Origin: Minisyncoccota bacterium
GTDB lineage: Bacteria > Patescibacteriota > Minisyncoccia > Phycocordibacterales > Phycocordibacteraceae
Assembly (NCBI GenBank): GCA_035627655.1
Contig: DASPLI010000001.1
Span: forward strand, 323,355 to 387,354
Direction: 5' to 3'
Length of the DNA stretch: 64,000 nucleotides
Position numbers and translations under genes: made by a program. The notes under the pieces were generated by a model. The model was not told the origin of the DNA and made no database searches. It saw only the letters and a program-made list of their open reading frames with translations. Positions 47,032 to 57,037 of this stretch are shown here, in pieces (the first letter of the stretch is position 1; every line of letters begins with the position of its first letter).

Positions 47032-47541
47032 ATGAACCTTTTTGGTTTAGGTCGAGCACGGCCCAAAGCCAATGCTCTGGAAGTCGATTTTGACCAACAG
47101 GTCGCACTACCTCGCGGTGCCGAACGGGTGCTCTGGCACCAGCCGGCTGGGAAGGGGAAGATGCAGCTACTGCCAGAACATCTGGAAGTGCATCCCATGC
47201 CGCCCGGCGTTACGTACCGCGGGTATCGAGAAGCGAATCCGACGGCTACGTTTGGTGACGCACTCATTCTCGACTCGTTCATCGCGGCCGTCGTCAAAAA
47301 CGGCCGGATCGACAAGGCTGCCGTGCGGCGGGTGCTCGGGGATTTCAGTGGACAGATTTTCTTTCTCGGCACCGCATTTGAAGCGATGCATATGGGGAGC
47401 AAGCCTATGTGCTTTGCCTATCTCAACTGGCAAACGCACTATCCGGCGCTCCGCTACCTCTGTCCGGCCGACCATCCTATCAACCACGACGTGAACTGCT
47501 GCGCGCTGCACGTTACGCTTCCGGCAGCAATAGCTGCCTGA
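47032..47541 (+). CDS. Hypothetical protein
   Basis: ORF only. Confidence 0.3.
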   Translation: MNLFGLGRARPKANALEVDFDQQVALPRGAERVLWHQPAGKGKMQLLPEHLEVHPMPPGVTYRGYREANPTATFGDALILDSFIAAVVKNGRIDKAAVRRVLGDFSGQIFFLGTAFEAMHMGSKPMCFAYLNWQTHYPALRYLCPADHPINHDVNCCALHVTLPAAIAA

Positions 47542-47594
47542 TAGCGACAGACGGTAAAGGCCGCTCCTTCAGTGGAGCGGCCTTTGTGTTTTTC

Positions 47595-48104
47595 TTACGC
47601 GATCTCGTAGGATTTTATCTGCACCGGTTTTGCCTGGGATGCTGCCTTATCGATAGTGTCCTGCGTGCCTCCGCTCCCGTTCACGATGAACGCATACAGC
47701 TCATCGGAGGCATTCACGACCTCGGTGTTACGTTCGAAGTAGGTGGTTGGGTTGCACTCCGTATTCACTTGGTTCTCGATAAGTGCTTCCGGGTTTGCCG
47801 TTTTCACTTGTGTGAGCTGGGCGATGAGTGTTTCCGCTTGGTCGGTAGTAATGACGCCTTCTTGGGCGCGCTTGCGGTAATGAGCCGCGTAGCGCTCGAA
47901 GGTCACCGGAAGAAAGATTTTGATGTGACTTGCGTCCGGATTCAGCTTTAAAGCTTCGTCCGTCGCGAAGTAGTCCACATTCAAAGCTCCACCAGAAACG
48001 ATGCCGTCGCCGCGCGCCATGATGTCGCGGACGGCCGCGCGTACGTCCTGCTCGACTTCGGCGCTTGTCGCTCGCCAGCTTCCGCTAATGCCTATCCATT
48101 TCAT
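47595..48104 (-). CDS. SLOG/DprA-LOG-like Rossmann-fold protein
   Basis: 'MKWIGISGSW...GDGIVSGGALNVD' resembles the GGARGID-type motif of the DprA/LOG/YpsA superfamily. Confidence 0.3.
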   Translation of the reverse strand: MKWIGISGSWRATSAEVEQDVRAAVRDIMARGDGIVSGGALNVDYFATDEALKLNPDASHIKIFLPVTFERYAAHYRKRAQEGVITTDQAETLIAQLTQVKTANPEALIENQVNTECNPTTYFERNTEVVNASDELYAFIVNGSGGTQDTIDKAASQAKPVQIKSYEIA

Positions 48105-48154
48105 ACGATAGCTCCGTGCTTCTTGCCACTATATAGCACAGCACTCCAAGAACA

Positions 48155-48874
48155 TCACTCATTATCCTTTTCCGATCCGATAAGTACTTTTCGCATAAGC
48201 GTTCCCGTCAGGCTTACGATGAGACCGAGGAAGACGAGGCCCAAGAAGCGGCAGGCGATCAAAAGGGTGACGCCGATCGTCGAAGTGGGGCGCTCATACG
48301 AGAGGCCGCCTAAAATCACCGAGAGCGTCCAGTACATGGCGCTTGGCAGATCCTTTGCATATGCATGATGACCTTCGGTGAGGTAGAGCAGGCTGCCCAT
48401 AATAAGGATGGCGGTCAGGAGCGCAGTGAAATAAATCTGTATGTTGAGCACATAGATGGAGCTATTGCTTGGATGCTTCTTGCCTTTACGTGCAAGCTTT
48501 GCGAGCCGGAGTATGCGAAGAAAGCGAAGGATGCGGAGCGAACGACTCGTCTTAAGGAAGGTGAGGTTTGCCATGCCAATGAAGCTTGGCAGGATCGCCA
48601 GGAGGTCAATAATGCCGAAGAAGCTAAACGCATATTTGAATCTCGATTTCGCTACATACAGGCGTCCCAGGTACTCCGCAGTAAACAGTGCTACGGTCGC
48701 GTATTCAATTACATTGAATATCGGTTGGTACGAAGCAAATGCCGCAACCGTTTCAAGCACAAGCGCAAGAACGGACACGAGGGTCGCAAGAGCAAGTATG
48801 TCGTTGGTGATAACGAACGCAGGGGATTTCTGATTTTCAAAGGTATTCCGAAGAGTGGTGCGCAGACTCGCCAT
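48155..48874 (-). CDS. Ion-transport family membrane protein with a voltage-sensor-like S4 helix
   Basis: 'SRSLRILRFLRILRLAKLARKGKK' Arg-every-third S4 pattern; six TM segments; no canonical GYG filter seen. Confidence 0.5.
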   Translation of the reverse strand: MASLRTTLRNTFENQKSPAFVITNDILALATLVSVLALVLETVAAFASYQPIFNVIEYATVALFTAEYLGRLYVAKSRFKYAFSFFGIIDLLAILPSFIGMANLTFLKTSRSLRILRFLRILRLAKLARKGKKHPSNSSIYVLNIQIYFTALLTAILIMGSLLYLTEGHHAYAKDLPSAMYWTLSVILGGLSYERPTSTIGVTLLIACRFLGLVFLGLIVSLTGTLMRKVLIGSEKDNE

Positions 48875-48970
48875 GGATTTTAGGATAGCATCTCTTTAAC
48901 CTGCCCTTCACGTTCAAATTTGCATAGTGGCGTTCTGATTAGCAGAACGTGCGTAACGCTTCAAACCAGC

Positions 48971-49510
48971 ATGAAGAAACTGACCATAGGAGTTTTTGCT
49001 GCGCGTGATGCCGCTGAGAAGGCAATCAACGAGCTGCATAACAAAGAAAAAATCCCGACGGAAGATATTTCCTATATCTACCGAAATACGAGTGGCGAAG
49101 TGAAAGAGCGTGATGCAGATGATATCGCTCGCGACACGATGGGGGAGAGTATTGGTAAGGGTGCGACGGTCGGCGGTACCTTGGGCGCGCTTGCCGGTAT
49201 TGCAACGTTTGCCGGCATACTCCCAGTCATCGGTCCACTCTTCGTAGCCGGCCCCCTTGCTGCAGCACTCGGATTTAGCGGTGCTGCCGGAGCGGCGGTT
49301 GCTGGTGGTGCTGCCGGAGCGGCAGTCGGCAGTATTGTCGCGGCCCTTGGCCGGCTCGGACTCTCTTCCGAACACGCGCAGCGCTACGAAGATCATGTGA
49401 GTGCGGGCAACATTCTCGTTACCGTCCACACGGATGAACAGGCGGATGTGATAGGCGTGCTTACTGCTGCCGGTGCTGTTGATGTCGAGAGCTACGCAGT
49501 TTCCGTCTAA
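48971..49510 (+). CDS. Glycine-zipper stress/membrane protein
   Basis: Long 'GGTLGALAGIATFAG...GAAGAAVAGGAAGAAVGS' glycine-zipper segment. Confidence 0.35.
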   Translation: MKKLTIGVFAARDAAEKAINELHNKEKIPTEDISYIYRNTSGEVKERDADDIARDTMGESIGKGATVGGTLGALAGIATFAGILPVIGPLFVAGPLAAALGFSGAAGAAVAGGAAGAAVGSIVAALGRLGLSSEHAQRYEDHVSAGNILVTVHTDEQADVIGVLTAAGAVDVESYAVSV

Positions 49511-49561
49511 GACTCCTTAACGAGTTGAAGGCCTCACCGAAATGGTGGGGCCTTCATTCGT

Positions 49562-50056
49562 TTACGCGACGCGCTTATGCTCCACAGCGCCGATAATGGA
49601 CAGGTTGTTGTATCTGGATCCGATGGAGGTCCAGAGGTCCGGCGTTGCGAAGATATCGTAGATCCGCGCGAAAAGTGCTTCGTCGACGCATTGGCCGTAA
49701 AAGTACAGGCTCTTGCGAACGGGACGCTGACTGCACGAGACGCAGATCATGAACGGCTGTTTGTCGGCCGGATCCTTGATCGTGATCTGTGCGTCATATG
49801 CGCGGCGCCAGATGTCCTCATTGAACGACTCAAGCGGATAGGCGAGAAACTCATGGCGCTCCATAGTGCTATCGCCACTGAAAACCGCGTTGCGATATTT
49901 CCGGTCGAGACCGGTTTCTTCGAAGGTGAGGATCTCGATAGTTGCACTTGGGCGCCGAGTGCGCATCATGGCCGCAAGCGCGGTCGCGGTGCTCATAAAC
50001 TCGGCGAACGTGACTTGCGAGAAGAGTCGCTTGTCGCGGCTGAATCTGAATGACAT
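49562..50056 (-). CDS. Hypothetical protein
   Basis: ORF only. Confidence 0.3.
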   Translation of the reverse strand: MSFRFSRDKRLFSQVTFAEFMSTATALAAMMRTRRPSATIEILTFEETGLDRKYRNAVFSGDSTMERHEFLAYPLESFNEDIWRRAYDAQITIKDPADKQPFMICVSCSQRPVRKSLYFYGQCVDEALFARIYDIFATPDLWTSIGSRYNNLSIIGAVEHKRVA

Positions 50057-50144
50057 CGTCTACTCCTTTCAATCAGCCTCTGTTTTTCACCCTAACCCCC
50101 GCTCTACGGGGTGTCAAACCACGCCGTCATATATACTTGGCCGT

Positions 50145-52724
50145 ATGTCTTCACCATCTCCTGGCGACTACCATATTCGCCTTAAGCACTTCACCACCCA
50201 CTTCTTCAACGCAGAGAATCAGGAGGTGCCAAGCGATACACCGGTCTTTTCCGTCGAGTTTCCGCAGTACCAGGACGTCATCGATCTTGTGCCGTATGTA
50301 CAGGATGGACAGGGACTTCGCATGGCGCTGGTTCGCTCATTCCGTCCCATCGTTGCGGAACGGACCAAGCAAGGCGTTGGCGAGCGGTTGCGTGCCCCTG
50401 AGGACACTGAGCGCATGTGGGAAGTGTTTGGCGGCTATATCCGTCAGGAAGAAGGGGAAGCGGGCATGGACCGGAGCGTGGTGCGCATTCTCGAGCGCAA
50501 GTTCCCGAACGCCCGCATACAGGGCACGCTTGAGATTCTTGGCGGGTGCTACTTCCCATCGGTTGGTACCGCAACCGAGCTTGTATACCCGCGTGCCGTG
50601 CAGATAGAAGTGGACGGAGAGTTGCCAGACGACATTGCGCTTCGCACGCCGCAGGAAATAGTGGATGGCTATCTTTCCGGACGGTACTTCTCCATGCGGT
50701 TGGTAGAGCTCGCATTTCGGTTCGCGCGCGCAAAGCGCATCCCGCTCTTCTATAACGGCGCGCCGCTTCAGCAGCTGCCGGTAACGCTCGATTCGATCGC
50801 CGACAAGCGCGTCACACTTTCTGAAGCTCGTTCACTCGTTTCAACGCTTGATGCGCGCGGTGCGACGATCGTGCATGTCGACGTGGCGGAAGTGGCGCCG
50901 CCGGAGAAGATGTTCCTCAATAGCATCTCCTCTCCGGTAACGCTTCCAAACGGCACGGAAGAAACGTTTGAGTTCGTTGTCCGCAAAGGCATCGATTCGG
51001 TCGACGTCGGCTGTTACGTGTCGACCGACGAGGGTATATTCATGCCGATCAAGGTGGGCGTACGTCCGACGCTTGCCGTGCGCAACCTCGCGCCGCACCC
51101 GATCCATACCGATACCAGTCCGCTTTTTGTTGAGGGTGTAGCAGGCTCCCTGCAAGGAACTGAAACAGCGCTTGCGGAAGTGGAAGCCGCTGCCGCAAAA
51201 GAGATTCGAGAAGAAATCAGTGTCGAGCCGTCTGAACTCATCTATATCGGTTACGACTATCCATCGCCCGGGCACAACCTTGAGCGTACCTATCGCTACC
51301 TCGCTCCTATCGATCCGGCACGCATCGGACACGGAGTACAGACGGTGGATGAGACGGTCGGCGTCTGGTATCTCGAACTCAACGATCTTCTCGCGCTCGT
51401 GGATGAGGGTGTGATCCGTGATCCACGCCTTGCGCTCAATGCCCGGTTGATCGCGCATCGCACTGGGTATCCGCTTCGCATGCTGCCAAAGGAAGACGAG
51501 GCGGCAGGCGCTCACTATGACGCGATCATCAATCATGGTTCAGATATTCAGGCGTGGCTTTCTGATACGGCGCGCGAAATCGATAACCGGCTTTCGCGCA
51601 GCGTGTACTACCGCCGCCTCAAGTCGTATTGCGAGAACGAGCTTGGGATTGTTGCGCTCACCTTTACGCATCCGGAAGAAGCGGGATTCTTCTCCGCAAT
51701 GGTGCCGGTGTTTGCGATTCCCGAGCACACAGAAGCAAAGAAAGTGCCGTTCAACTTCTTGCACGACCTATTTCATTACGCTACGTGGGGGTTTGTTCCT
51801 TTGAAGCGGGTACGGGAAGACGGTACACCCGAACTCCACTCGTTTGAAGATTACTTTGAAGCGATCGGCGGGAACGAGTGTCACGCAGTGTGGTATTCGG
51901 ACGTAATCATGCCAAATGAGTTCGGCGTCAAAGAAGCGGAAGCTATTTTCGGCGGACACTCGGTTGCTGGAGCGTTTGCCGCGCTCGGGTTTACTGACGA
52001 AGAGGCGCGGGAGACCATTCGTTCCATTGAGCTCAAAGGCGTTGTGCCGAAACGCCTCCTTGAGCATCCCGAGTTCGAGACGTTCCGTGGCGTCTTTATC
52101 AGTAGGCTCTTGAAGTATTACGTCTTGGACTACGCAAACACCGCCGGCGTGTACGAGTATTGGGAGAAGCATCCATTCGTACTCATGACTGCCGCACGAT
52201 TTTGTAACGCGTTTACGGATCTCAAGGAATATGAGCAGCACTACCTCTCGACGCTCGATGCGATCCGAGACTATACCGAAGGCCTCAATCCGCTTCGCGC
52301 GCATCTTGCTCGCGTTTCAAACCTCCGCATTCGCTTGAGCGCCATGCGTCTTGCGGTTCTCTATGAGCATCTTGGGAGTCGAGCGCCGAGCGATTCGCGT
52401 TTGCAGGAGATTGTGACTCTACTGGATCAGCTTGAAGCGGCATATAAGGAACTCACCGCACTTCGCGAAACAGTGGCGGATGTGGACCGTTCGCCCAAGC
52501 ACCTGGCGATGCTGACGCGCCTCAGTGAGCTTGAGTCAGGACTCTTCACAAAAGCCGGTACTCTTGCGCAGGGAATCATTACGGACGAGCGCGTCTTCTC
52601 ACGCGAAGAGTCGGCAACGCTTGGCGAGCGCGTCCTGCCGTTTTTTGAACCATTCCAGGTGCCGGACGATAAGGAGATCGAACAGCGAGTGGTAGAGCTT
52701 GAGGCTGCAAGCCGCGCGGCGTAG
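50145..52724 (+). CDS. Large (about 859 aa) hypothetical protein; possible N-terminal tandem Nudix-like region
   Basis: Start taken at ATG 50145 (the ORF track extends to 49866). 'GVAGSLQGTETALAEVEAAAAKEIREEISVE' weakly resembles a Nudix box; the rest is unrecognised. Confidence 0.4.
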   Translation: MSSPSPGDYHIRLKHFTTHFFNAENQEVPSDTPVFSVEFPQYQDVIDLVPYVQDGQGLRMALVRSFRPIVAERTKQGVGERLRAPEDTERMWEVFGGYIRQEEGEAGMDRSVVRILERKFPNARIQGTLEILGGCYFPSVGTATELVYPRAVQIEVDGELPDDIALRTPQEIVDGYLSGRYFSMRLVELAFRFARAKRIPLFYNGAPLQQLPVTLDSIADKRVTLSEARSLVSTLDARGATIVHVDVAEVAPPEKMFLNSISSPVTLPNGTEETFEFVVRKGIDSVDVGCYVSTDEGIFMPIKVGVRPTLAVRNLAPHPIHTDTSPLFVEGVAGSLQGTETALAEVEAAAAKEIREEISVEPSELIYIGYDYPSPGHNLERTYRYLAPIDPARIGHGVQTVDETVGVWYLELNDLLALVDEGVIRDPRLALNARLIAHRTGYPLRMLPKEDEAAGAHYDAIINHGSDIQAWLSDTAREIDNRLSRSVYYRRLKSYCENELGIVALTFTHPEEAGFFSAMVPVFAIPEHTEAKKVPFNFLHDLFHYATWGFVPLKRVREDGTPELHSFEDYFEAIGGNECHAVWYSDVIMPNEFGVKEAEAIFGGHSVAGAFAALGFTDEEARETIRSIELKGVVPKRLLEHPEFETFRGVFISRLLKYYVLDYANTAGVYEYWEKHPFVLMTAARFCNAFTDLKEYEQHYLSTLDAIRDYTEGLNPLRAHLARVSNLRIRLSAMRLAVLYEHLGSRAPSDSRLQEIVTLLDQLEAAYKELTALRETVADVDRSPKHLAMLTRLSELESGLFTKAGTLAQGIITDERVFSREESATLGERVLPFFEPFQVPDDKEIEQRVVELEAASRAA

Positions 52725-52788
52725 ACTTCACAGATTTTGATATTCGTGGCATAGTCCTCCACGGACCGCCTACAGAAAGGAGTTCTCA

Positions 52789-53856
52789 ATGGACATCACA
52801 TTTGGCACGTTCCAGATGCACGTGAGTGCCTGGTTCATCATCTTCTTGGTCCTGTTTCTTCCGCTCGTCCTTCGACTGCTGAAGAAGCTCAAAAAGGGCC
52901 CGGAGCATCACGACTCGCGTGGCCATAAGCTCGTACCGCATACGCTCGGCAGCTCGTTCGACCTTCCGGAACAGACGATCGCTATCGTCGACGTTCGGGG
53001 ACCAATCCTCACGAGCGCTATGGGCGTGCCGCCCTTCGTGGCGCGCAATGCAACCTTTGGCATCGAGACCGGGACGCTGATTCGCGAACTTGCGGACAAC
53101 GACCAGGTCGCGGCTATCATGGTGCGCATCAATACGCCCGGCGGCACCGTCGCCGGCTCGGAAGAGATTGGCGACGCAATCGCGGAAGCGAGCGGCAAAA
53201 AACCGGTCGTGGCATTCATCGAAGACCTGTCGGCGTCCGGCGGCGTACTTGCGATGGTGGGTGCAAAAGCAATCGTTGCGCATCCATCGGCTCTGATCGG
53301 CAGCATCGGCGTGCTTGGGCCAACGCTCAAGCATTACGAAGACGTGACGGCGCTCGGCTACGGACTGCTCGGCGAAAGCGTGACCGGCAAGGTCACCGCT
53401 GAAGTCATGTATGCCGGCGCAGGGAAGGCCCTCGGCTCTCCCTTCGTTGAGCGAGATGAGAAGTCCATCGAATACTTCCAAGCACTGCTCAACGACTCCT
53501 ATGATCGCTTCCGGACGCGTGTCAGCAAGGCTCGGCATATTGCCGACGCAACACTGCGCGATCTTGGTGCTCGTGTCGTCTCAGCGGCGCACGCCAAGGT
53601 GCTCGGACTCATCGATATGCTCGGTACCGAACAATCGGTACTGGAGACGATTTGCGAAGGGCTTGGCGTCGAGCTTGAAGACGCGAACATTATCGCGGTC
53701 AAGCCGAAACCGACCTCACGCACGTCGCCTCTAAGCGCGTTCTTCGAGACCACGCCGCCGACCTCCGCTCGCATGGAGGTTGGCCACCTGCTCCGTGGCG
53801 AAACCCTCTTGCTGTGCGCGCCTCATGCGCTTCGCAGCTACGGTTTTGTTCTCTAA
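52789..53856 (+). CDS. sppA: Signal peptide peptidase SppA (S49, 36K type)
   Basis: N-terminal TM, 'MVRINTPGGTVAGSEEI', 'LSASGGVLAM', 'IGSIGV' S49 motifs. Confidence 0.75.
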   Translation: MDITFGTFQMHVSAWFIIFLVLFLPLVLRLLKKLKKGPEHHDSRGHKLVPHTLGSSFDLPEQTIAIVDVRGPILTSAMGVPPFVARNATFGIETGTLIRELADNDQVAAIMVRINTPGGTVAGSEEIGDAIAEASGKKPVVAFIEDLSASGGVLAMVGAKAIVAHPSALIGSIGVLGPTLKHYEDVTALGYGLLGESVTGKVTAEVMYAGAGKALGSPFVERDEKSIEYFQALLNDSYDRFRTRVSKARHIADATLRDLGARVVSAAHAKVLGLIDMLGTEQSVLETICEGLGVELEDANIIAVKPKPTSRTSPLSAFFETTPPTSARMEVGHLLRGETLLLCAPHALRSYGFVL

Positions 53857-53961
53857 CCACTACGCAACCCCCGCCACTGGCGGGGGTTGTTTTCATCTTG
53901 CGGTACCTAAAGAAAGGGCGTAGGGTGCATCCCAGGCTGTTCTAAAAAAGGAGACATCCTG

Positions 53962-54903
53962 ATGCAGAAAACCTATGATCTGGCGATCGTGGGTGCCGGA
54001 CCTGCCGGCCTTGCGCTCGCGCAGTACGCAGCTACTCGTGGATTCGACTCGATCGTTCTTGAACAGAGCAATCGGCCGGGAGGACGAGCAGCGACGAGTC
54101 CGTTGCTTGAAAACGTTCCGGGATTCCCGGAAGGCGTTCAAGGGCGAATGCTCGCTGAGTACTTGTTGTCACAGACGCTTCGACTTGGTGCTGACATTCG
54201 CTTCCAGCGGCATGTCGTCCTAGTGCAACGCAAAGACGACTTCGTACGCCTCACCTGTTCTGACGGGGAAGGATTCCACGCAACGTCTGTCGTACTTGCC
54301 TGCGGGCTCTCGCCTCGGACTGGTTCGTTCAAGCGTCCGCCGCATCTGCGCGGCATTCTCTACGAACCGCCAGCGTACTACGAAACGTATCGCAACAAGA
54401 CCGTATGTGTCTTTGGCGGCGGCAACGCTGCTGGGCAGACGGCGCTTGCGTTCTCGCGGCAGGAAGGTGCCCAGGTCGAGCTGGTGGTCCCGGATTCTAG
54501 TCTTGGACGTACGATGGCTGCGTATCTGGTACACCGAATCCGCAAAACCCAGAACATACGCGTCCATGCAAATGCGCGTGTTGTGTCAGTGGGTGCTGCC
54601 AAGGCCGCACCAAGCGACCGAGGACATATCTCATCCGTCGACATTGAAGAGTCTGGAAGCGTCGTTACGTACGACGGCATCGACGCGCTCGTTGCTCTTT
54701 TAGGCGGCGAACCGTCTGTTGCCTGGCTTCCGCCGGAAATCGAGCGGGATGCAAACGGCTACATCCGTTCGTCGCCGCCCGACTACAAGACCACGATGGA
54801 CGGTGTCTATGCGATCGGTGACGTGTGCTCCGGCCGCGGCCATACAGTTATGGCCGCCTACGGAGACGCCGCCCGCGTGCTCGCCACCATTCAGGCAAAA
54901 TAA
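53962..54903 (+). CDS. Thioredoxin-reductase-like FAD/NAD(P)-binding oxidoreductase lacking the CxxC motif (FNR-type)
   Basis: 'YDLAIVGAGPAGLALA', second Rossmann 'VCVFGGGNAAGQTA', 'YAIGDV'; no CxxC redox pair. Confidence 0.65.
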   Translation: MQKTYDLAIVGAGPAGLALAQYAATRGFDSIVLEQSNRPGGRAATSPLLENVPGFPEGVQGRMLAEYLLSQTLRLGADIRFQRHVVLVQRKDDFVRLTCSDGEGFHATSVVLACGLSPRTGSFKRPPHLRGILYEPPAYYETYRNKTVCVFGGGNAAGQTALAFSRQEGAQVELVVPDSSLGRTMAAYLVHRIRKTQNIRVHANARVVSVGAAKAAPSDRGHISSVDIEESGSVVTYDGIDALVALLGGEPSVAWLPPEIERDANGYIRSSPPDYKTTMDGVYAIGDVCSGRGHTVMAAYGDAARVLATIQAK

Positions 54904-54935
54904 CTGGAACTCCCCGCGAAGGCGGGGAGTTTTGT

Positions 54936-55586
54936 TTAGAGCTCGGGACCGCGAAGCGGCAGATGTTTCTTGAACTCGTTTTTGGTGTAGAGACTCTCCA
55001 GGTATTCGCGCTGCTCTGGATCAAGTGCAGCAGTACCCTGTGGCACTAGCCCAAGCTTTTCTTGTGCAAAGGTGTCTGCAGCGGTAAACGAAATGCGTGC
55101 AAGTTCCTCGGGCCGTCCGCATTCCGGATCCGCTTCTTTACTTGAGGCAATGATTTCTTCCGGCACGCCAATATGCTCGCACAGTGCGATGACGTCTGCT
55201 TTAAAGAGGCCGATAAGCGGCTGGTGTACGGCAAGTCGGCTTGCCGCGCTGTAGATGCCAAGCGCGTCCTCAGTCCGGTTTCTGGTGCCGATCAAGACGC
55301 GGTGCTCCTTGAGGGAGCGCTCCAGAAGGGTCGTCCAGCGTGCAATCTCAACATTATCTGCAGTCGGACGCTCAAGAATTTCGAACGTGCCGATGCTCTG
55401 GAACCACTCCTTCTGGCGAAGATCGTTACCGAAGTACACGCCAAGCGTGCGTTCAGGGACGGTTGTCGCGTAGAGCCAGAAGGCGAGCGAGCTATCGGTG
55501 CCGCCGCTCACCGGAATCAGGGCGCCCCGGCCTTCCGGGAGGGTGGCGCGGATCCATTCCCGGAGGCGTTGGATTTTCTCTTCCAT
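54936..55586 (-). CDS. nadE: PP-loop ATP pyrophosphatase, probably NH3-dependent NAD+ synthetase
   Basis: 'ALIPVSGGTDSS' PP-loop; 'LIGTRNRTEDALGIYSAAS...PLIGLFKADVIALCEHIGVPEEI' resembles NadE. Confidence 0.5.
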   Translation of the reverse strand: MEEKIQRLREWIRATLPEGRGALIPVSGGTDSSLAFWLYATTVPERTLGVYFGNDLRQKEWFQSIGTFEILERPTADNVEIARWTTLLERSLKEHRVLIGTRNRTEDALGIYSAASRLAVHQPLIGLFKADVIALCEHIGVPEEIIASSKEADPECGRPEELARISFTAADTFAQEKLGLVPQGTAALDPEQREYLESLYTKNEFKKHLPLRGPEL

Positions 55587-55605
55587 GCGCGTATCGTACT
55601 ACTAC

Positions 55606-56142
55606 ATGCGTCCGGAAGATATACTCTCGTTTTGGTTCGTCGAGCATGGGCCCGACGACTGGTTTTCAAAGAATGATGCGTTTGATGCCTTGATACGGGA
55701 GCGCTTTGGCGCGCATCATGCATTTATTGTGCGTGGCGAATCGGTAGCATGGCGGCAGACCGCAGACGGTCGGCTTGCGGAGATCATTGTGCTCGACCAA
55801 TTCTCTCGAAACATGTTTCGCGGGATGCCGGAAGCATTTGCATACGACGAGCTCGCGCTTTCGCGCGCCCGCGAGGCGGTTGCAGTTGGCGCAGACAAGG
55901 AGGTAGATCCGGTGCGGCGCCACTTCTTCTATATGCCGTACATGCATAGCGAGTCGCTTGCTGCGCATGAAGAAGCGCTCCCGTTATTTGAGGCGCTTGG
56001 AAACGAAAGCGCGCTTCGCTATGAGCGGCTGCATAAAGAGCAGATTGAGCGGTTCGGACGCTATCCGCACAGAAATGCCGTGCTTGGTAGGGAATCGACC
56101 CCCGAGGAGCTGGCGTTTCTGGAAGCGACTCCGGGATTCTAG
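55606..56142 (+). CDS. DUF924-family protein
   Basis: 'ILSFWFVEHGPDDWFSKNDAFDALIRERFG' typical DUF924 N-terminus. Confidence 0.45.
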   Translation: MRPEDILSFWFVEHGPDDWFSKNDAFDALIRERFGAHHAFIVRGESVAWRQTADGRLAEIIVLDQFSRNMFRGMPEAFAYDELALSRAREAVAVGADKEVDPVRRHFFYMPYMHSESLAAHEEALPLFEALGNESALRYERLHKEQIERFGRYPHRNAVLGRESTPEELAFLEATPGF

Positions 56143-57011
56143 AACGAGAGTCCGACAGAGAGCGTGGTCGGGTTATCCCCGATCGGTGCAAGGCGGGAGT
56201 GATCGAGCGTTGGTGCCAGGCGAAGTGCGAGCGCTTTTGCTTTAGCATATCGCTCCTCAAGTTGTGCGAGCGTACCGATGAGTCCCTGTGTGAATACCAA
56301 GAGGCGTCCATCAATCAGCTCAAGGTCGTGAATCCACGATTCGTTTGTGAGGAATTCGAGCAAGCTCGGGTCAACGATCGCTAGCGCTTCAATCTCGTAC
56401 TGCTCCGGCGCATAGAAGCGGAAGTGCTCCTTATACGGTTCGGGAAGCATGAGCTCTCCTTTGGGGCGCACCGAGAAGAAATCTTTCTTGCAATCGAGAT
56501 AGAGATGCGGGAAGGCACCGGCAAACGAAAACTCAAAGACGGTATACGCATAAGAGGTGGAATGCTTCCCGTGTCCGATAGAAAAGGTGTATTCGTAGAT
56601 GCGTGCGCTCCGTCCTTCGTCCGTGCCGGAAACAACGTTTACGATGCGCTTGCTGTGTATGCCGCGTCCGCTTGCAAACATGACGCCGGTAAACGGCTTG
56701 GCGTTGAGCGACGCTTCGTACGTCCAGTTTCGATATGCGGCAAACTCCTGCCAGAACTTCGTGCGAGCTTTCGCAAGTTGATAGGCAAGGAAAAAGATGG
56801 TGCCAAAGATGGCGACGATGCCCATGAAGACGGCGATCTGGAAGAGTTTCGGGTTGTAGTCTGGATCTCCAAGCGAGAGATAGTGCCAGAGGGAAATACC
56901 AGCAACGAAGATTGCATCAACTATGAGCAGAAAGCGAATCAAACGCCCATGAGGACGCTGGATAAAGGTGTTCGTTGCTTCTGTTACGTGCGCCATCACG
57001 CTCTCCTTCAT
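56139..57011 (-). CDS. Membrane protein, hypothetical
   Basis: Two N-terminal TM helices plus a soluble domain. Confidence 0.35.
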   Translation of the reverse strand: MKESVMAHVTEATNTFIQRPHGRLIRFLLIVDAIFVAGISLWHYLSLGDPDYNPKLFQIAVFMGIVAIFGTIFFLAYQLAKARTKFWQEFAAYRNWTYEASLNAKPFTGVMFASGRGIHSKRIVNVVSGTDEGRSARIYEYTFSIGHGKHSTSYAYTVFEFSFAGAFPHLYLDCKKDFFSVRPKGELMLPEPYKEHFRFYAPEQYEIEALAIVDPSLLEFLTNESWIHDLELIDGRLLVFTQGLIGTLAQLEERYAKAKALALRLAPTLDHSRLAPIGDNPTTLSVGLSF

Positions 57012-57037
57012 ACGAGGAAGCGTAGCACACTAAGCAT

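Noticed and set aside
52786-53538. 250-aa minus-strand ORF
   Set aside because: Antisense to sppA.
55173-55676. 167-aa + ORF
   Set aside because: Antisense to the NadE-like PP-loop gene.
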